Shown here: piece after piece, positions 1-8,857 of the stretch | Layout: each line of letters begins with the position of its first letter | How positions within the stretch are numbered: the first letter of the stretch is position 1 | From: Nitrososphaerota archaeon | GTDB taxonomy: Archaea; Thermoproteota; Nitrososphaeria; PSMU01 | Reading direction: 5' to 3' | Assembly: GCA_040290255.1 (NCBI GenBank) | Contig: PSMU01000001.1 | Span: forward strand, 320,001 to 384,000 | DNA length: 64,000 nucleotides | Translations under genes and position numbers: made by a program | The notes under the pieces: model-generated | Database searches by the model: none | Seen by the model: only the letters and a program-made list of their open reading frames with translations | What the model was told of the DNA's origin: nothing

Positions 1-314
1 AGCCTTATGAGAGGCGAATACTGGTAGGTGGGGTCAAGCATGTAATCGGTGAAGGCCACCTGCTCCTGGCCCTCCCGCAGCTTGTAGGCCAGGAACTGGG
101 CCCTTCTCGCCTCCTCGCTCGTGGCCATGAAGTGGCAGAAGGGCACATGCCTATCCAGCTGGGAGAGGAGGACCCCCAGAACATCCCTGCCCTCCAGCTC
201 GAGATGCAGCACCGGATAGGGCACCCTCTCCAGGGCGCAGGCGAGCCTTCCCAGGTCGAGCAGGGAGCTGAGGGCGATCGGAATGACGAAGAGCCCCCTG
301 CGCTCCTTGGCCAT
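1..314 (-). CDS. Conserved hypothetical protein (3'-truncated by the window edge)
   Basis: Manual translation from ATG at 314: MAKERRGLFVIPIALSSLLDLGRLACALERVPYPVLH...; open to position 1 with host-like codons; divergent TATA-like 'tatatat' at about 340. Confidence 0.7.
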   Translation of the reverse strand, partial: MAKERRGLFVIPIALSSLLDLGRLACALERVPYPVLHLELEGRDVLGVLLSQLDRHVPFCHFMATSEEARRAQFLAYKLREGQEQVAFTDYMLDPTYQYSPLIR

Positions 315-366
315 CCTTAAGCCAAGGGCGCGGCACACCTATATATCTTCTTGAGGCGGGCCTCAT

Positions 367-1134
367 GTGAGGATCCTAGTGGGCTGCTGCGGGCTGGCGG
401 GGCTGAAGTGGGAGAGCTATGAGGCGGCCTTCGACGTCATCGAACTGCAGCAGGCCTTCTATAAGCTGCCCAGGCCCTCGACGGCGGCGCGCTGGAGGGC
501 GAGGGCCCCCTCGCTCACCATCTCCCTTAAGGCCTTTCAGGGCATCACGCATCCGCTGAGCAGCCCCACCTGGAGGAGGGCGGGGGCGCAGAGGCCCAGG
601 GAGGCCCCGGAGGCCTACGGCCACCTGAGGCCCACCGAGCAGGTCTTCGCGCTCTGGGAGAAGGTGGGGGAGCTGGCCAAGGCACTGCAGGCCAAGGCGA
701 TCCTGCTGCAGCTGCCTCCCTCCTTTGAGCTCAACGAGGAGAACTTGGCCAATATGAAGGCCTTCCTGGGCTCCATCAGCAGGCCCGCCGCCTTGGCCCT
801 CGAGCTGCGCCATGCCAGCTGGCTGGCAGACCGCTCGAGGCTCGGCTCCCTTCTCTCCGAGCTGAGGGTCACGCACGTAGTCGACCCGCTCTCGATGAAG
901 CCGGCGCACATAGAGCGCCTTGCCTATTATAGGCTACACGGCGCTGGCTGGCCGGGCCCGCGCCTCGATTACAGGCATGTCTATGCGGAGGAGGAGCTGC
1001 GCCGCGCGCTGGAGCTGGTGGCGGCCTACGGGGGCGAGGAGGCCCTGGTGCTCTTCAACAACCTCAGGATGAGGAGCGACGCGGCCAGGTTCAAGCAGCT
1101 GCTCATGGCGCTCCCTTCCTCTCCGCCAGCCTGA
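367..1134 (+). CDS. DUF72 family protein (YecE-like)
   Basis: IELQQAFY, LKAFQGITH, LLQLPPSF, LELRH, YYRLHG and LFNN motifs typical of DUF72. Confidence 0.9.
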   Translation: MRILVGCCGLAGLKWESYEAAFDVIELQQAFYKLPRPSTAARWRARAPSLTISLKAFQGITHPLSSPTWRRAGAQRPREAPEAYGHLRPTEQVFALWEKVGELAKALQAKAILLQLPPSFELNEENLANMKAFLGSISRPAALALELRHASWLADRSRLGSLLSELRVTHVVDPLSMKPAHIERLAYYRLHGAGWPGPRLDYRHVYAEEELRRALELVAAYGGEEALVLFNNLRMRSDAARFKQLLMALPSSPPA

Positions 1135-1375
1135 GCGAGGGCCCTCGGGCAGTGACGCGGTACTGCTCCCGCAGGCCCTTGTCATGCAGGAAGCCCTTCA
1201 GGCATGTCCTGAGGAGCGCCTTCAGGCCCGGCGCGGAGGCCTTAACCAGGAGCGCGCCCCCCTCCTCGGCCACCTCAAGGCCCGTCCTGGTCCTCAGATA
1301 CGAGGCCAGCTCCCTGGCCATGCTCGCCAACCCCCCGAGCTCTATCCTCAGCCCCTCTTCGCTCAAGCCCGCCAC
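1103..1375 (-). CDS. Small basic protein resembling ribosomal protein eL22
   Basis: LASYLRTRTG...LLRTCLKGFLHDKGLREQYRV resembles the eL22 pattern (YLKYLTKKYLKKxxLRDxxRV); overlaps the purA stop. Confidence 0.55.
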   Translation of the reverse strand: MAGLSEEGLRIELGGLASMARELASYLRTRTGLEVAEEGGALLVKASAPGLKALLRTCLKGFLHDKGLREQYRVTARGPSLRLAERKGAP

Positions 1376-2367
1376 CGGTCGATGATGTCCTCGGGCTCCG
1401 GCCCCGTGCCTATGAGGGAAACCGGCACCCCTATCTCCGCCTCCACCTCCTCCACGAACCTCCTTACCTGCGCCGGAAGCTTCTCGTAGCTCCTTACCCC
1501 CTTGGCCTCCGGCGCTAGCGCGTCGGCCTTCGTCAGCGCCGCGTCCGTCGCGCCGTTCAGCTTGACGGCCCGCCTGGCCAGCCTGAAGTTGAAGGGCGCG
1601 GCCCTCCTAGGCCTCCCCGTCACGGTCCCGAACTCCGCCCAGCCCCTCCTCTGCATCTCCTCGGGGCTGAGCTCCCCCTCGAGCGGTCCCCCTCCCACGC
1701 GCGTCACATAGGACTTGAAGACGACCAGCACCCTATCGACCTCCGTGGGGCCCACGCCTATATCGGAGCAGACGGCCGCCGCGGTGACGTCCTTGGACGT
1801 GACGTAGGGCCAGGTGCCATGGTAGGAGGAGAGAAAGGTCCCCTGCGTGCCCTCCGCCATTACCAATTGGCCGCGCTCCAGGGCCTCGTGCACCCTCTCA
1901 GAAACATCGGTCACGTACGGCAGGAGCGCCCGCTCCTCCCTCGCTATCCTTACCCTCCTCAGCGCCCTGTCCGCGTTCGCGGGCCCCGTGCCCGTGCCCG
2001 TGGTCTGTATGACCTCCTTCAGGTGCCCCTCCCGGTCGGCCTGCTTATGCCTCTCCTCGATGAGCGCGCATTGGGCATCTATGTAGGCCCTGCGCTCGCA
2101 GCCGAAGGCCCTAACCTCGCCCAGGAAGACCTCGGGGTCCACGAGCACGCCCGCGCCCACCAGCAGCAGCGTGGAGGGGTTGACCACGCAGCTGGGCAGC
2201 TGGCGAAGGCCCACGGGCTTACCCTGCCAGTAGACGGTGTGGCCCGCGTTGGTGCCCACGCCTCCCCTCACGCCTATGGCGGGGCTCATGCTCCGGGCCA
2301 TATAGGCCACCACCTTGCCCTTCCCTTCATCGCCGAAGAAGCCCCCCACCACCACGTACAGCGGCAA
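1363..2367 (-). CDS. purA: Adenylosuccinate synthetase (short archaeal type)
   Basis: GGFFGDEGKGK, NAGHT, EGTQG, YVTS and GTVTGRPRR motifs. Confidence 0.97.
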   Translation of the reverse strand: MPLYVVVGGFFGDEGKGKVVAYMARSMSPAIGVRGGVGTNAGHTVYWQGKPVGLRQLPSCVVNPSTLLLVGAGVLVDPEVFLGEVRAFGCERRAYIDAQCALIEERHKQADREGHLKEVIQTTGTGTGPANADRALRRVRIAREERALLPYVTDVSERVHEALERGQLVMAEGTQGTFLSSYHGTWPYVTSKDVTAAAVCSDIGVGPTEVDRVLVVFKSYVTRVGGGPLEGELSPEEMQRRGWAEFGTVTGRPRRAAPFNFRLARRAVKLNGATDAALTKADALAPEAKGVRSYEKLPAQVRRFVEEVEAEIGVPVSLIGTGPEPEDIIDRWRA

Positions 2368-2399
2368 GCCACCCCCCTTTCGTTTCGGCTCTTTTAACG

Positions 2400-2681
2400 C
2401 TACCCGCCGGGCGTGAGCGGCTTGGCCCTTTCTATGACCACCTTTGAGCCCAGCACCTTCTCCAGCCGGGAGACGAACCGCGCAAGGCTATCCTCGGAGC
2501 CGCTCTTCACGAGCATCACGGCCTCATAGAGCCCCACCAGCGTGTAGGCGGCGACGAGCTCCACGCCCTCCAGCGGCACCGTGCCGAAGACCAGGCTCCT
2601 CAGCAGCCTCAGGGCCTCCTCCTCCTTGCCGGGCCCTGACCTGAGCAGGACGAGGTAGAGCTGGGGCGCCTCGATGCTCAA
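2400..2681 (-). CDS. Lrp/AsnC ligand-binding (GYD-like) domain protein
   Basis: YLVLLRSGPGKEEEA...AYTLVGLYEAVMLV ferredoxin-like pattern; TTG start overlaps the uppS stop. Confidence 0.6.
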   Translation of the reverse strand: MSIEAPQLYLVLLRSGPGKEEEALRLLRSLVFGTVPLEGVELVAAYTLVGLYEAVMLVKSGSEDSLARFVSRLEKVLGSKVVIERAKPLTPGG

Positions 2682-3499
2682 CGGCCGAACCTCCTCTGCC
2701 TCTCCTGATAGATCCTTATGGCCCTCAGGAAGTCGATCCTCCGCAGGCTGGGCCAGGGCACATCCATGAAGACGAGCTCGCTGTACGCGCCCTGCCAAAG
2801 CAGGAAGTTGCTGAGGCGGTACTCGCCCGCCGTCCTCAGGATCAGGTCGGGCTCGGGAAAGGGCAGCGAGGAGGTGTAAAGGAACTTGCCTATGGCCTCC
2901 TCGGTGATGTCCTCGGGCCTCATCCTCCCGCGCAGCACCTCCTCGACGAGCCTGCGAAAGGCCTCCACGAGCTCCCTCCTTGCCCCATACGCTATCGCGA
3001 GGTTCAGGTAATACGAGTTATGGGAGGCGGTGCGCCGCTCGAGCTCGCCCGCCAGCGCCCTGATGTGGGCAGGCAGCAGCTCCAGGTCGCCTATCACCTT
3101 CACCCTTATCCTATGCTCGTAGACCCTTCGGTCCTCGAGCAGGAGTTTCAGCCTCCTCTGCAGCAGCGAGAGCAGCTGGCTCAGCTCCTCGGGCGGGCGG
3201 TTCAGGTTCTCGGTGGAGAGCGCGTAGAGCGTGGCCACCCTTATGCCCAGCTCCCTGCACCAGTCCAGCACCCGCTCGGCCGTCCTCGCGCCCTCATCAT
3301 GCCCCAGCCAGGGGGGAAGCCCCTTCTGCCTTGCCCAGCGCCGGTTCCCGTCCATGATGATGGCCACATGCCTGGGCACCGCCCCCCTCCTCACCTGGCT
3401 CTCCAGGTACTTCTCGTAGATGCGGTAGGCCTGGGAGAGCGAAAGCAGCCTGGGCAGGGCCCAGAGGACGAGCCGCGCGGCCGACCTCCTAAGGGCCAT
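2678..3499 (-). CDS. uppS: cis-prenyltransferase (polyprenyl diphosphate synthase)
   Basis: PRHVAIIMDGNRRWA, YALSTENLNRP and PDLILRTAGEYRLSNFLLWQ. Confidence 0.97.
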   Translation of the reverse strand: MALRRSAARLVLWALPRLLSLSQAYRIYEKYLESQVRRGAVPRHVAIIMDGNRRWARQKGLPPWLGHDEGARTAERVLDWCRELGIRVATLYALSTENLNRPPEELSQLLSLLQRRLKLLLEDRRVYEHRIRVKVIGDLELLPAHIRALAGELERRTASHNSYYLNLAIAYGARRELVEAFRRLVEEVLRGRMRPEDITEEAIGKFLYTSSLPFPEPDLILRTAGEYRLSNFLLWQGAYSELVFMDVPWPSLRRIDFLRAIRIYQERQRRFGR

Positions 3500-4631
3500 G
3501 GCCCTGCACCTCGCTCATCCTAAGCCGGGGCTGAAGCAGGCCTATCGCCATGAAGAGCAGCGCGAGCAGCAGGAGCGTCCAGATGAGGAGGCTAAGAGGC
3601 GGCCTGGTGGGGTCCTGCAGCAGCAGCGAGAACTCCCTCAGCGGGACGTAGACGGTGAACAGGGCCGCGAGCCCTATGAGGCTCCTGATGCTGATCCTGC
3701 CCTTGAGGAGCCTCTGCAGGATGCGGGCCAGGAACAGCATCGCCACGCCCAGCGTGAGCCAGCCCAGGGCGCCCTCGAGGAAGACGCCTAACGCCTTGGG
3801 CAGCTCGGCCAGGAGGGCTTCGGGCCCCAGCGGAGGGCCCGACAGGAGGGCGACGACGCCCTGCGCGCCCTTCATCAGGCCCGTGAGGATGAGCAGCGCG
3901 GCCGCGATCGATGCCGCGATCCAGAAGTACTTCAGCGGCGGCAGATGCGTCGCGCCCCTTATCAGGCCCAGCAGGGCCGCCGGGTTAAGCCCCCTATACA
4001 GCAGGAAGCCGCCCAGGATAAGGGCGGTTAGGACCACGGCCTCCTTCGCCAGGCCCAGCAACGTGAAGAGGCCGTAGGCCACGAGCAGCACGCCCGGGAG
4101 CCCCAGCGAGTACTTGGCGTACCTGGGGTCGTTCAGCAGCAGCTTCAGGTATCTGCCCAGGAGCGAGTAGGAGACCTCGAGCGCCTCGCTCTGCCTCACC
4201 ACGACCCTCTTGACATAATATACGGGCTTAACGGACTGAAGCAGCGGCAGGACCCTCTCGTCGCTCACGCCATCCGAGATGAAGATCAGGCCCTTCGCCC
4301 CCGCGCCCTCGGCCAGCTCCCTTATGCCCGCTATCAGCGCCGCGCTGCGCTCCAGGGAGCTGGGGAAGCCGGAGAGCACGGCGATCTGGCCCCTTATGCC
4401 CATGCCCTTTATCTCGTCGAGCTCCTTGACCGCCGCGAAGAGCGCGTTCGCGTCGGCCTCCTCTGGATCCGCCAGCGCCAGGTCCACCGCGGCCTTGAGG
4501 CACTGCTCCCTCCCCACCAGCGGCGTCTTTATGCCCGTCTTCTGCTCGATGTCCCCATCGGCGTCCACGTATACGATGAGTAGGCTATCGGGCAGCGCCG
4601 TCCTCCCCTTGCCCAGCACCTCGTTGGCCAA
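3489..4631 (-). CDS. DUF373 family archaeal membrane protein
   Basis: VDADGDI..KTGIKTP, LALADPEEADAN, SDGVSDE and RVVVRQS followed by multiple TM helices; usual neighbour of uppS. Confidence 0.85.
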   Translation of the reverse strand: MANEVLGKGRTALPDSLLIVYVDADGDIEQKTGIKTPLVGREQCLKAAVDLALADPEEADANALFAAVKELDEIKGMGIRGQIAVLSGFPSSLERSAALIAGIRELAEGAGAKGLIFISDGVSDERVLPLLQSVKPVYYVKRVVVRQSEALEVSYSLLGRYLKLLLNDPRYAKYSLGLPGVLLVAYGLFTLLGLAKEAVVLTALILGGFLLYRGLNPAALLGLIRGATHLPPLKYFWIAASIAAALLILTGLMKGAQGVVALLSGPPLGPEALLAELPKALGVFLEGALGWLTLGVAMLFLARILQRLLKGRISIRSLIGLAALFTVYVPLREFSLLLQDPTRPPLSLLIWTLLLLALLFMAIGLLQPRLRMSEVQGHGP

Positions 4632-4665
4632 CCCTTATGCGCCCTGGCCATCGAAGTTTATGGCC

Positions 4666-5511
4666 TTATTGGTTCCCCTGGCGCTGGTCTGTGCCGTAGA
4701 GCAGCTCGAGCTCCTCGAGCGTGAGGGCCTGCCCCTTTTCCAGCTTGGCCAGCGCCCTTCGTCGGGCCTCCTCGGCCAGCGCGCCCCGCACCTCGCCCCA
4801 CACGCTCGGCGCGCTCAGCTCCTTTCTGATGAGCTCCTCCCTCTCCCGCCTCTTCTGCTCAATCTCCCTGCTCGCCTCGGCCAGCTCCTTGGCCAAGGCC
4901 ACCAGCTGCCCATCGAGCTCCTGCCTCCTCCTCACCAGCTCGCCCCTCCTCTCCCTGAGCGCCCTGGCCCTCTCGAGCAGCTCCGCCAGGAGCGGCCCTC
5001 TCTCCGCGGCCAGCCTCCTGCTCTCCTGAAGGGCCTGCGTGAGCTCCGCTAGCTCCCGCTGCAGCCTCTCCCGCTCCTCCAGGGCCCGAAGCTGTCGGGC
5101 GATGCCCTTGGCCCTCTCCAGGAGCGCGCGCTGCTCGTCCCGCGTTAGCCGGCTGGCCGCGAGCCTCTCCTCTATGCGCTGGAGCTCCAGCCTGAGCTCC
5201 GAGGCGCTCCTGCGCCCGGGGGCCAGGGCCCGCAGCTCCGCCGCCTTCTGCCTGGCCCTTTCGGCGACGGCCCTGATCGAGGCGCCCAGCTGGCCGGCCC
5301 TGGCCCTAGCCTCCCTGGCCTCTCCCCTCAGCTGCTCTATCCTCCTGTGCAGCGATGCCAGCTCCTCCCGGAGCCTGCCCAGCTCGGCGGAGATCTGCCT
5401 CCTGCTGGCCAGGAGCTCCTCCGCCCTTGAACGAAGGGAGGCGCGGCGCTCAAGGGCGCCCCTCAGCTCCTCCTCCACCCGCTGTAAGGCCCCCTGCGCG
5501 CTGCCGCTCAT
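4666..5511 (-). CDS. Archaeal coiled-coil protein (COG1340-like)
   Basis: Continuous heptads with the C-terminal signature KLEKGQALTLEEL. Confidence 0.75.
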   Translation of the reverse strand: MSGSAQGALQRVEEELRGALERRASLRSRAEELLASRRQISAELGRLREELASLHRRIEQLRGEAREARARAGQLGASIRAVAERARQKAAELRALAPGRRSASELRLELQRIEERLAASRLTRDEQRALLERAKGIARQLRALEERERLQRELAELTQALQESRRLAAERGPLLAELLERARALRERRGELVRRRQELDGQLVALAKELAEASREIEQKRREREELIRKELSAPSVWGEVRGALAEEARRRALAKLEKGQALTLEELELLYGTDQRQGNQ

Positions 5512-5575
5512 GGGGCGCCGCCAGGCGCGCGCGGACCCGAAGCTTATTTATGTGTTTGCGAGGAGCTGGCCCGGG

Positions 5576-6193
5576 TTGCTCGGCCTTCCCGGCGAGCTGG
5601 TGGCACAGAGGGCTCCCGGCCTGGCCCCCAGCTTCGGCCAACACCACGTGCTTTTGGCGCTCCTAGTGCTGGGCCGCGTCGGCAGCATGGGAAGGATGAG
5701 GCTCGGCAGGGAGCTGGGCCTGGGCGAGGGCGCGGTGCGCAACCTCCTCTCCCGCCTAAGGGGCCAGGGCCTGGTGGCCGCGGACAGAAGCGGCTGCAGG
5801 TTGGCCGAGAAGGGCCTTAAGCTCTACCGCAGGCTCCGCAGGCGCTTGGTGGGGCCCCATCCGGTGCGGGCGGGCAAACTGGCGCTGGACAAACATGCCT
5901 GCGCGCTGCTGATAAGGGGAGGGGCGTCGCGTGTAAAGCTGGGCCTCGAGCAGAGGGATGAGGGCATAAAGGTGGGAGGCTCGGGCGTGGTCACGCTCAT
6001 CTACGCGGGCGGGAAGTTCCGCATCCCCGGCGGCAGCGAGGACTGCGAAAGGGATTACGGAGGGCCGGAATGGGAGGAGCTGAGGCGCCGGCTCGGGCCC
6101 AGGGAGGGCGATGCGATCGTGGTGGCCAGCGCGCCCAGCGAGGAGAGGGCCAGGCTAGCGGCGGTGGCGGCCGGGGCCTCGTTGCTGCGGTGA
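5576..6193 (+). CDS. Winged-helix regulator, DUF4443/DUF2111-like
   Basis: MGRMRLGRELGLGEGAVRNLL HTH plus GLEQRDEGIKVG; TTG start chosen downstream of TATA-like 'ttattta'. Confidence 0.75.
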   Translation: MLGLPGELVAQRAPGLAPSFGQHHVLLALLVLGRVGSMGRMRLGRELGLGEGAVRNLLSRLRGQGLVAADRSGCRLAEKGLKLYRRLRRRLVGPHPVRAGKLALDKHACALLIRGGASRVKLGLEQRDEGIKVGGSGVVTLIYAGGKFRIPGGSEDCERDYGGPEWEELRRRLGPREGDAIVVASAPSEERARLAAVAAGASLLR

Positions 6194-6622
6194 GGGCTCG
6201 AAGCCCACGAGGTCCTCCCAGCTCCCCTGCCTTCGTTCGCTGAGCCTGGCCACCACGGGCAGGCCCTCGCTCAGCTGCTCGGGGCGCTCGACCAGCAGCC
6301 TGTGCACGAGCCCCCCTCTATAGCCCTCGAACCTGATCAGGCCATAGGCCACCAGCTGCCCGTTCTTCTCCCTCCACGTGAAGGCGGCGAGCCGGCCCCG
6401 CGGCTCCACCTCTTCGAACTGCTCTATTCTCGCAAAGCAGCTCGCGCAGAAGAGCCTGGCGGGGATCCAGGCCTCGCCGCATCTACGGCACCGGGAGGCC
6501 AGGAGCTTTCCGCTCTCCCTGAGCGCCTCGAAGAACCTCTGGCCGGCGATGCCGGGCGTGTAAAGGTATTCCAGGGGAATCCTGTTCAGGAACCTCGCCC
6601 GGTCCAGGCGCCTTGCCTCCAT
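6155..6622 (-). CDS. DUF35 Zn-ribbon/OB-fold protein
   Basis: SRCRRCG...PARLFCASC and GGLVHRL. Confidence 0.9.
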   Translation of the reverse strand: MEARRLDRARFLNRIPLEYLYTPGIAGQRFFEALRESGKLLASRCRRCGEAWIPARLFCASCFARIEQFEEVEPRGRLAAFTWREKNGQLVAYGLIRFEGYRGGLVHRLLVERPEQLSEGLPVVARLSERRQGSWEDLVGFEPSPQQRGPGRHRR

Positions 6623-6624
6623 GC

Positions 6625-7119
6625 CTACGCCACCGGCTTAAAGTATAGGATGTCCGTGATCTCCCCCCTTCTCTCCTGCTCTTTCCTCCAGACGGCCCTT
6701 ACCTTAAGGCCCACCCTTACGGCTTCGGGGGCAACTTCGCCCAGGCGATGGAGGAGCGCGAGGCCGGAGCCGGGCTGCTCCAGCTCTATTACGGCCACGA
6801 GCTCCGGCTCCTGCCTCCTGCTGGCGTCCGTATTAACGTAAGAGATCGAGTAGGTGGCCACGAACCCTTCATCCCTGACGGGCGCCCATTCATCTATGGG
6901 CCGAAAGCACTGCTCGCAGAAGGCCCTCGGGGGGAGCAGCCTCCTGCCGCAGCGCCGGCAAAGCCCTGCGAGCAGCACCCCCCTCCTGAGCCCCTCCAAG
7001 AAGGCACCGTGGGCTTCGCCCAGCGTGTAGGCATATTCAAAGGGATGCACGTGCTTCACGCTGCCCGTGGGCGCGCCCTTCACGGGCGTGCCCGGAGGCC
7101 TTGAAGCCATCCCGGCCAT
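6625..7119 (-). CDS. DUF35 Zn-ribbon/OB-fold protein (paralog)
   Basis: CRRCGRRLLPPRAFCEQC, LLHRLGEV and GEITDILYF; start ATG 7119 or 7110. Confidence 0.9.
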   Translation of the reverse strand: MAGMASRPPGTPVKGAPTGSVKHVHPFEYAYTLGEAHGAFLEGLRRGVLLAGLCRRCGRRLLPPRAFCEQCFRPIDEWAPVRDEGFVATYSISYVNTDASRRQEPELVAVIELEQPGSGLALLHRLGEVAPEAVRVGLKVRAVWRKEQERRGEITDILYFKPVA

Positions 7120-7142
7120 CCCCCTTCCTGAGCCCTTTAAGC

Positions 7143-7754
7143 TTATGCGGGGCTGAAGCTGAGCTTGGCCACCTCCGTGAGCGTGCCGCGGTAGAGAAAG
7201 GTGATCTGCCTGAGCGCGGCGTAGTAGTCGAACTCGGTCAGTGCGGAGATGGCATCGATGGGCACCACCACGCGGTACCACCTCAGCGCCGCGCTGCCCG
7301 CCGTATGCAGCACGCAGATGTTGGCCACCGTGCCCGCGACGACCACATCCTCCACGCGATACAGCTTCAGCAGGTGCTCGAGCGAGGTGCCATAGAACCC
7401 ATCATACCTGAGCTTCCTTATCACGTCCTCCTGGGGCCTGGGCCTCAGCTCCTCGACGATCTCGGCGCCCCATGTATGGGCCTTGGCATGCTCGCCCCAG
7501 AGCGCGAACTCGGGATCGCCCTCCTGATGCCAGTCCTGCGTGAAGATGACCCTGGCGCCGGCCCTGCGGGCCTTATCCAGCAGCGCCGCGAGCTTGGGCA
7601 GCGTCGCGGGGGCGCTGGGCACGAAGAGCGAGCCCCTGGGATGGCAGAAGTCGTTCTGGCAGTCCACGATGATGACGGCCGTCTTCTTGGGGTCCAGGGC
7701 CACGGGCTGGGGCTCGAGCCTTAGGTCCTCGGGCAGCTTCACGCTCAGGGCCAT
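7143..7754 (-). CDS. Isochorismatase/nicotinamidase family cysteine hydrolase
   Basis: VDCQNDF, DWH, KLRYDGF and GTVANICVLHTA (Asp-Lys-Cys triad). Confidence 0.93.
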   Translation of the reverse strand: MALSVKLPEDLRLEPQPVALDPKKTAVIIVDCQNDFCHPRGSLFVPSAPATLPKLAALLDKARRAGARVIFTQDWHQEGDPEFALWGEHAKAHTWGAEIVEELRPRPQEDVIRKLRYDGFYGTSLEHLLKLYRVEDVVVAGTVANICVLHTAGSAALRWYRVVVPIDAISALTEFDYYAALRQITFLYRGTLTEVAKLSFSPA

Positions 7755-7831
7755 GCCGAAGGCCGGGGGCCGGTGCTTTTTACCTTTGCCGCCCGCTCAA
7801 GCTTTAAGCCCATGCTGGAACCCAGGGGTCC

Positions 7832-8857
7832 ATGAGGGCGCCCCGTGAGGTGCTGGTCCAGGGGGCCGGGGGCGCTGAGCTCGATGAGTACATCGCGGAG
7901 GCGCTCAGGAGGAGGGGCCTAGGTCCCTCGCTGCGGGCGAGCGCGCCCTTCCTGCTGCTGGACCACGAGGATCCCGTCGAGGTGGCCTATGCCCTCGCCC
8001 GCCTCCCGGGCCTGGAGAGGCTCTTCGTGGGCTGGAGCTGTGGCGGCGGGCTCGACGAGCTGCTGCGCCTCGCCAGGCGGGTGGCCAGGGCCTATTTCAG
8101 GAGGGGCGATAGCGTCTCCGTGCGCGCCCTCTCGGAGGACCCCTCGCTCTCGCCGGAGGAGCTGGAGCTTCACGCGGTTTCGGCGCTGATGGGCGACCCG
8201 CGCGTGCCCCGCTTCGAGCTGAGCTCTTCGGAGGAGGCGCTCACGCTCTGGGTGGTGGCCTGGAGGGAAGGGGGGTTCGTGGCGCTGAGGGCCTATGAGG
8301 GGCTGGGGGGCAGGCCCTATGGCAGCGAAGGCCGGGCCCTGGCCTTCCTCACCTACTCGCTCAGGAGCGCCGTGGCCGCCTTCCTGGCGCTGAGGCGAGG
8401 CTATGGCCTGCAGCTCGCGATGGTCGACGCGCGCCCGCACATGGCGGAGGAGCAGATTGAGGCGCTCGTGAAGGCCGCATGCCTGCTCAGCGAGCACATG
8501 CCCGCCGGCGCCTCGCTCGCCATCTACCGCTATCCGCTGCGCGGCTCGCCGCGCGCCCAGCTTGCCTGCCTGGCCCCACCCCTGCTGAAGAGATGGGGCT
8601 GTTCGACCCTGATAGCGAGCCCCTCGGACCCGGCTCGCGACCCCACCTACTGGCTGACGGAGCAGGAGGTGCTGGCGCTCTGGGCCAAGCTCTCGCCCGG
8701 CGACTATGCGCTCTCCCTGCCCCCGAAGGAGCCGGAGGAGGAGGGGGCGCCGTTGGGCCAAGGCGAGCTCGAGGAGCTGCTGGCCCATGAGAGCCTGCTG
8801 GAGCTGGAGGGGGGAGCGCTGGGCTACCACAGGGCGCTGGACCTCTATCCCTGGTGA
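7832..8857 (+). CDS. ThiI-like THUMP-domain protein with degenerate PP-loop
   Basis: THUMP-like region, then YEGLGGRPYGSEGRALAFLTYSLRSAVAAFLALRRG, which aligns to ThiI GxGGLPxGxxGK.L.LLSGGIDSPVAA. Confidence 0.65.
   Translation: MRAPREVLVQGAGGAELDEYIAEALRRRGLGPSLRASAPFLLLDHEDPVEVAYALARLPGLERLFVGWSCGGGLDELLRLARRVARAYFRRGDSVSVRALSEDPSLSPEELELHAVSALMGDPRVPRFELSSSEEALTLWVVAWREGGFVALRAYEGLGGRPYGSEGRALAFLTYSLRSAVAAFLALRRGYGLQLAMVDARPHMAEEQIEALVKAACLLSEHMPAGASLAIYRYPLRGSPRAQLACLAPPLLKRWGCSTLIASPSDPARDPTYWLTEQEVLALWAKLSPGDYALSLPPKEPEEEGAPLGQGELEELLAHESLLELEGGALGYHRALDLYPW

Noticed and set aside
1363-2367. purA much shorter than the bacterial enzyme
   Set aside because: The ~340-aa form is the normal archaeal type
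5039-5575. Long N-terminal extension of the 5039-6193 ORF
   Set aside because: Antisense to the coiled-coil gene; the real gene likely starts at TTG 5576 after the TATA-like element
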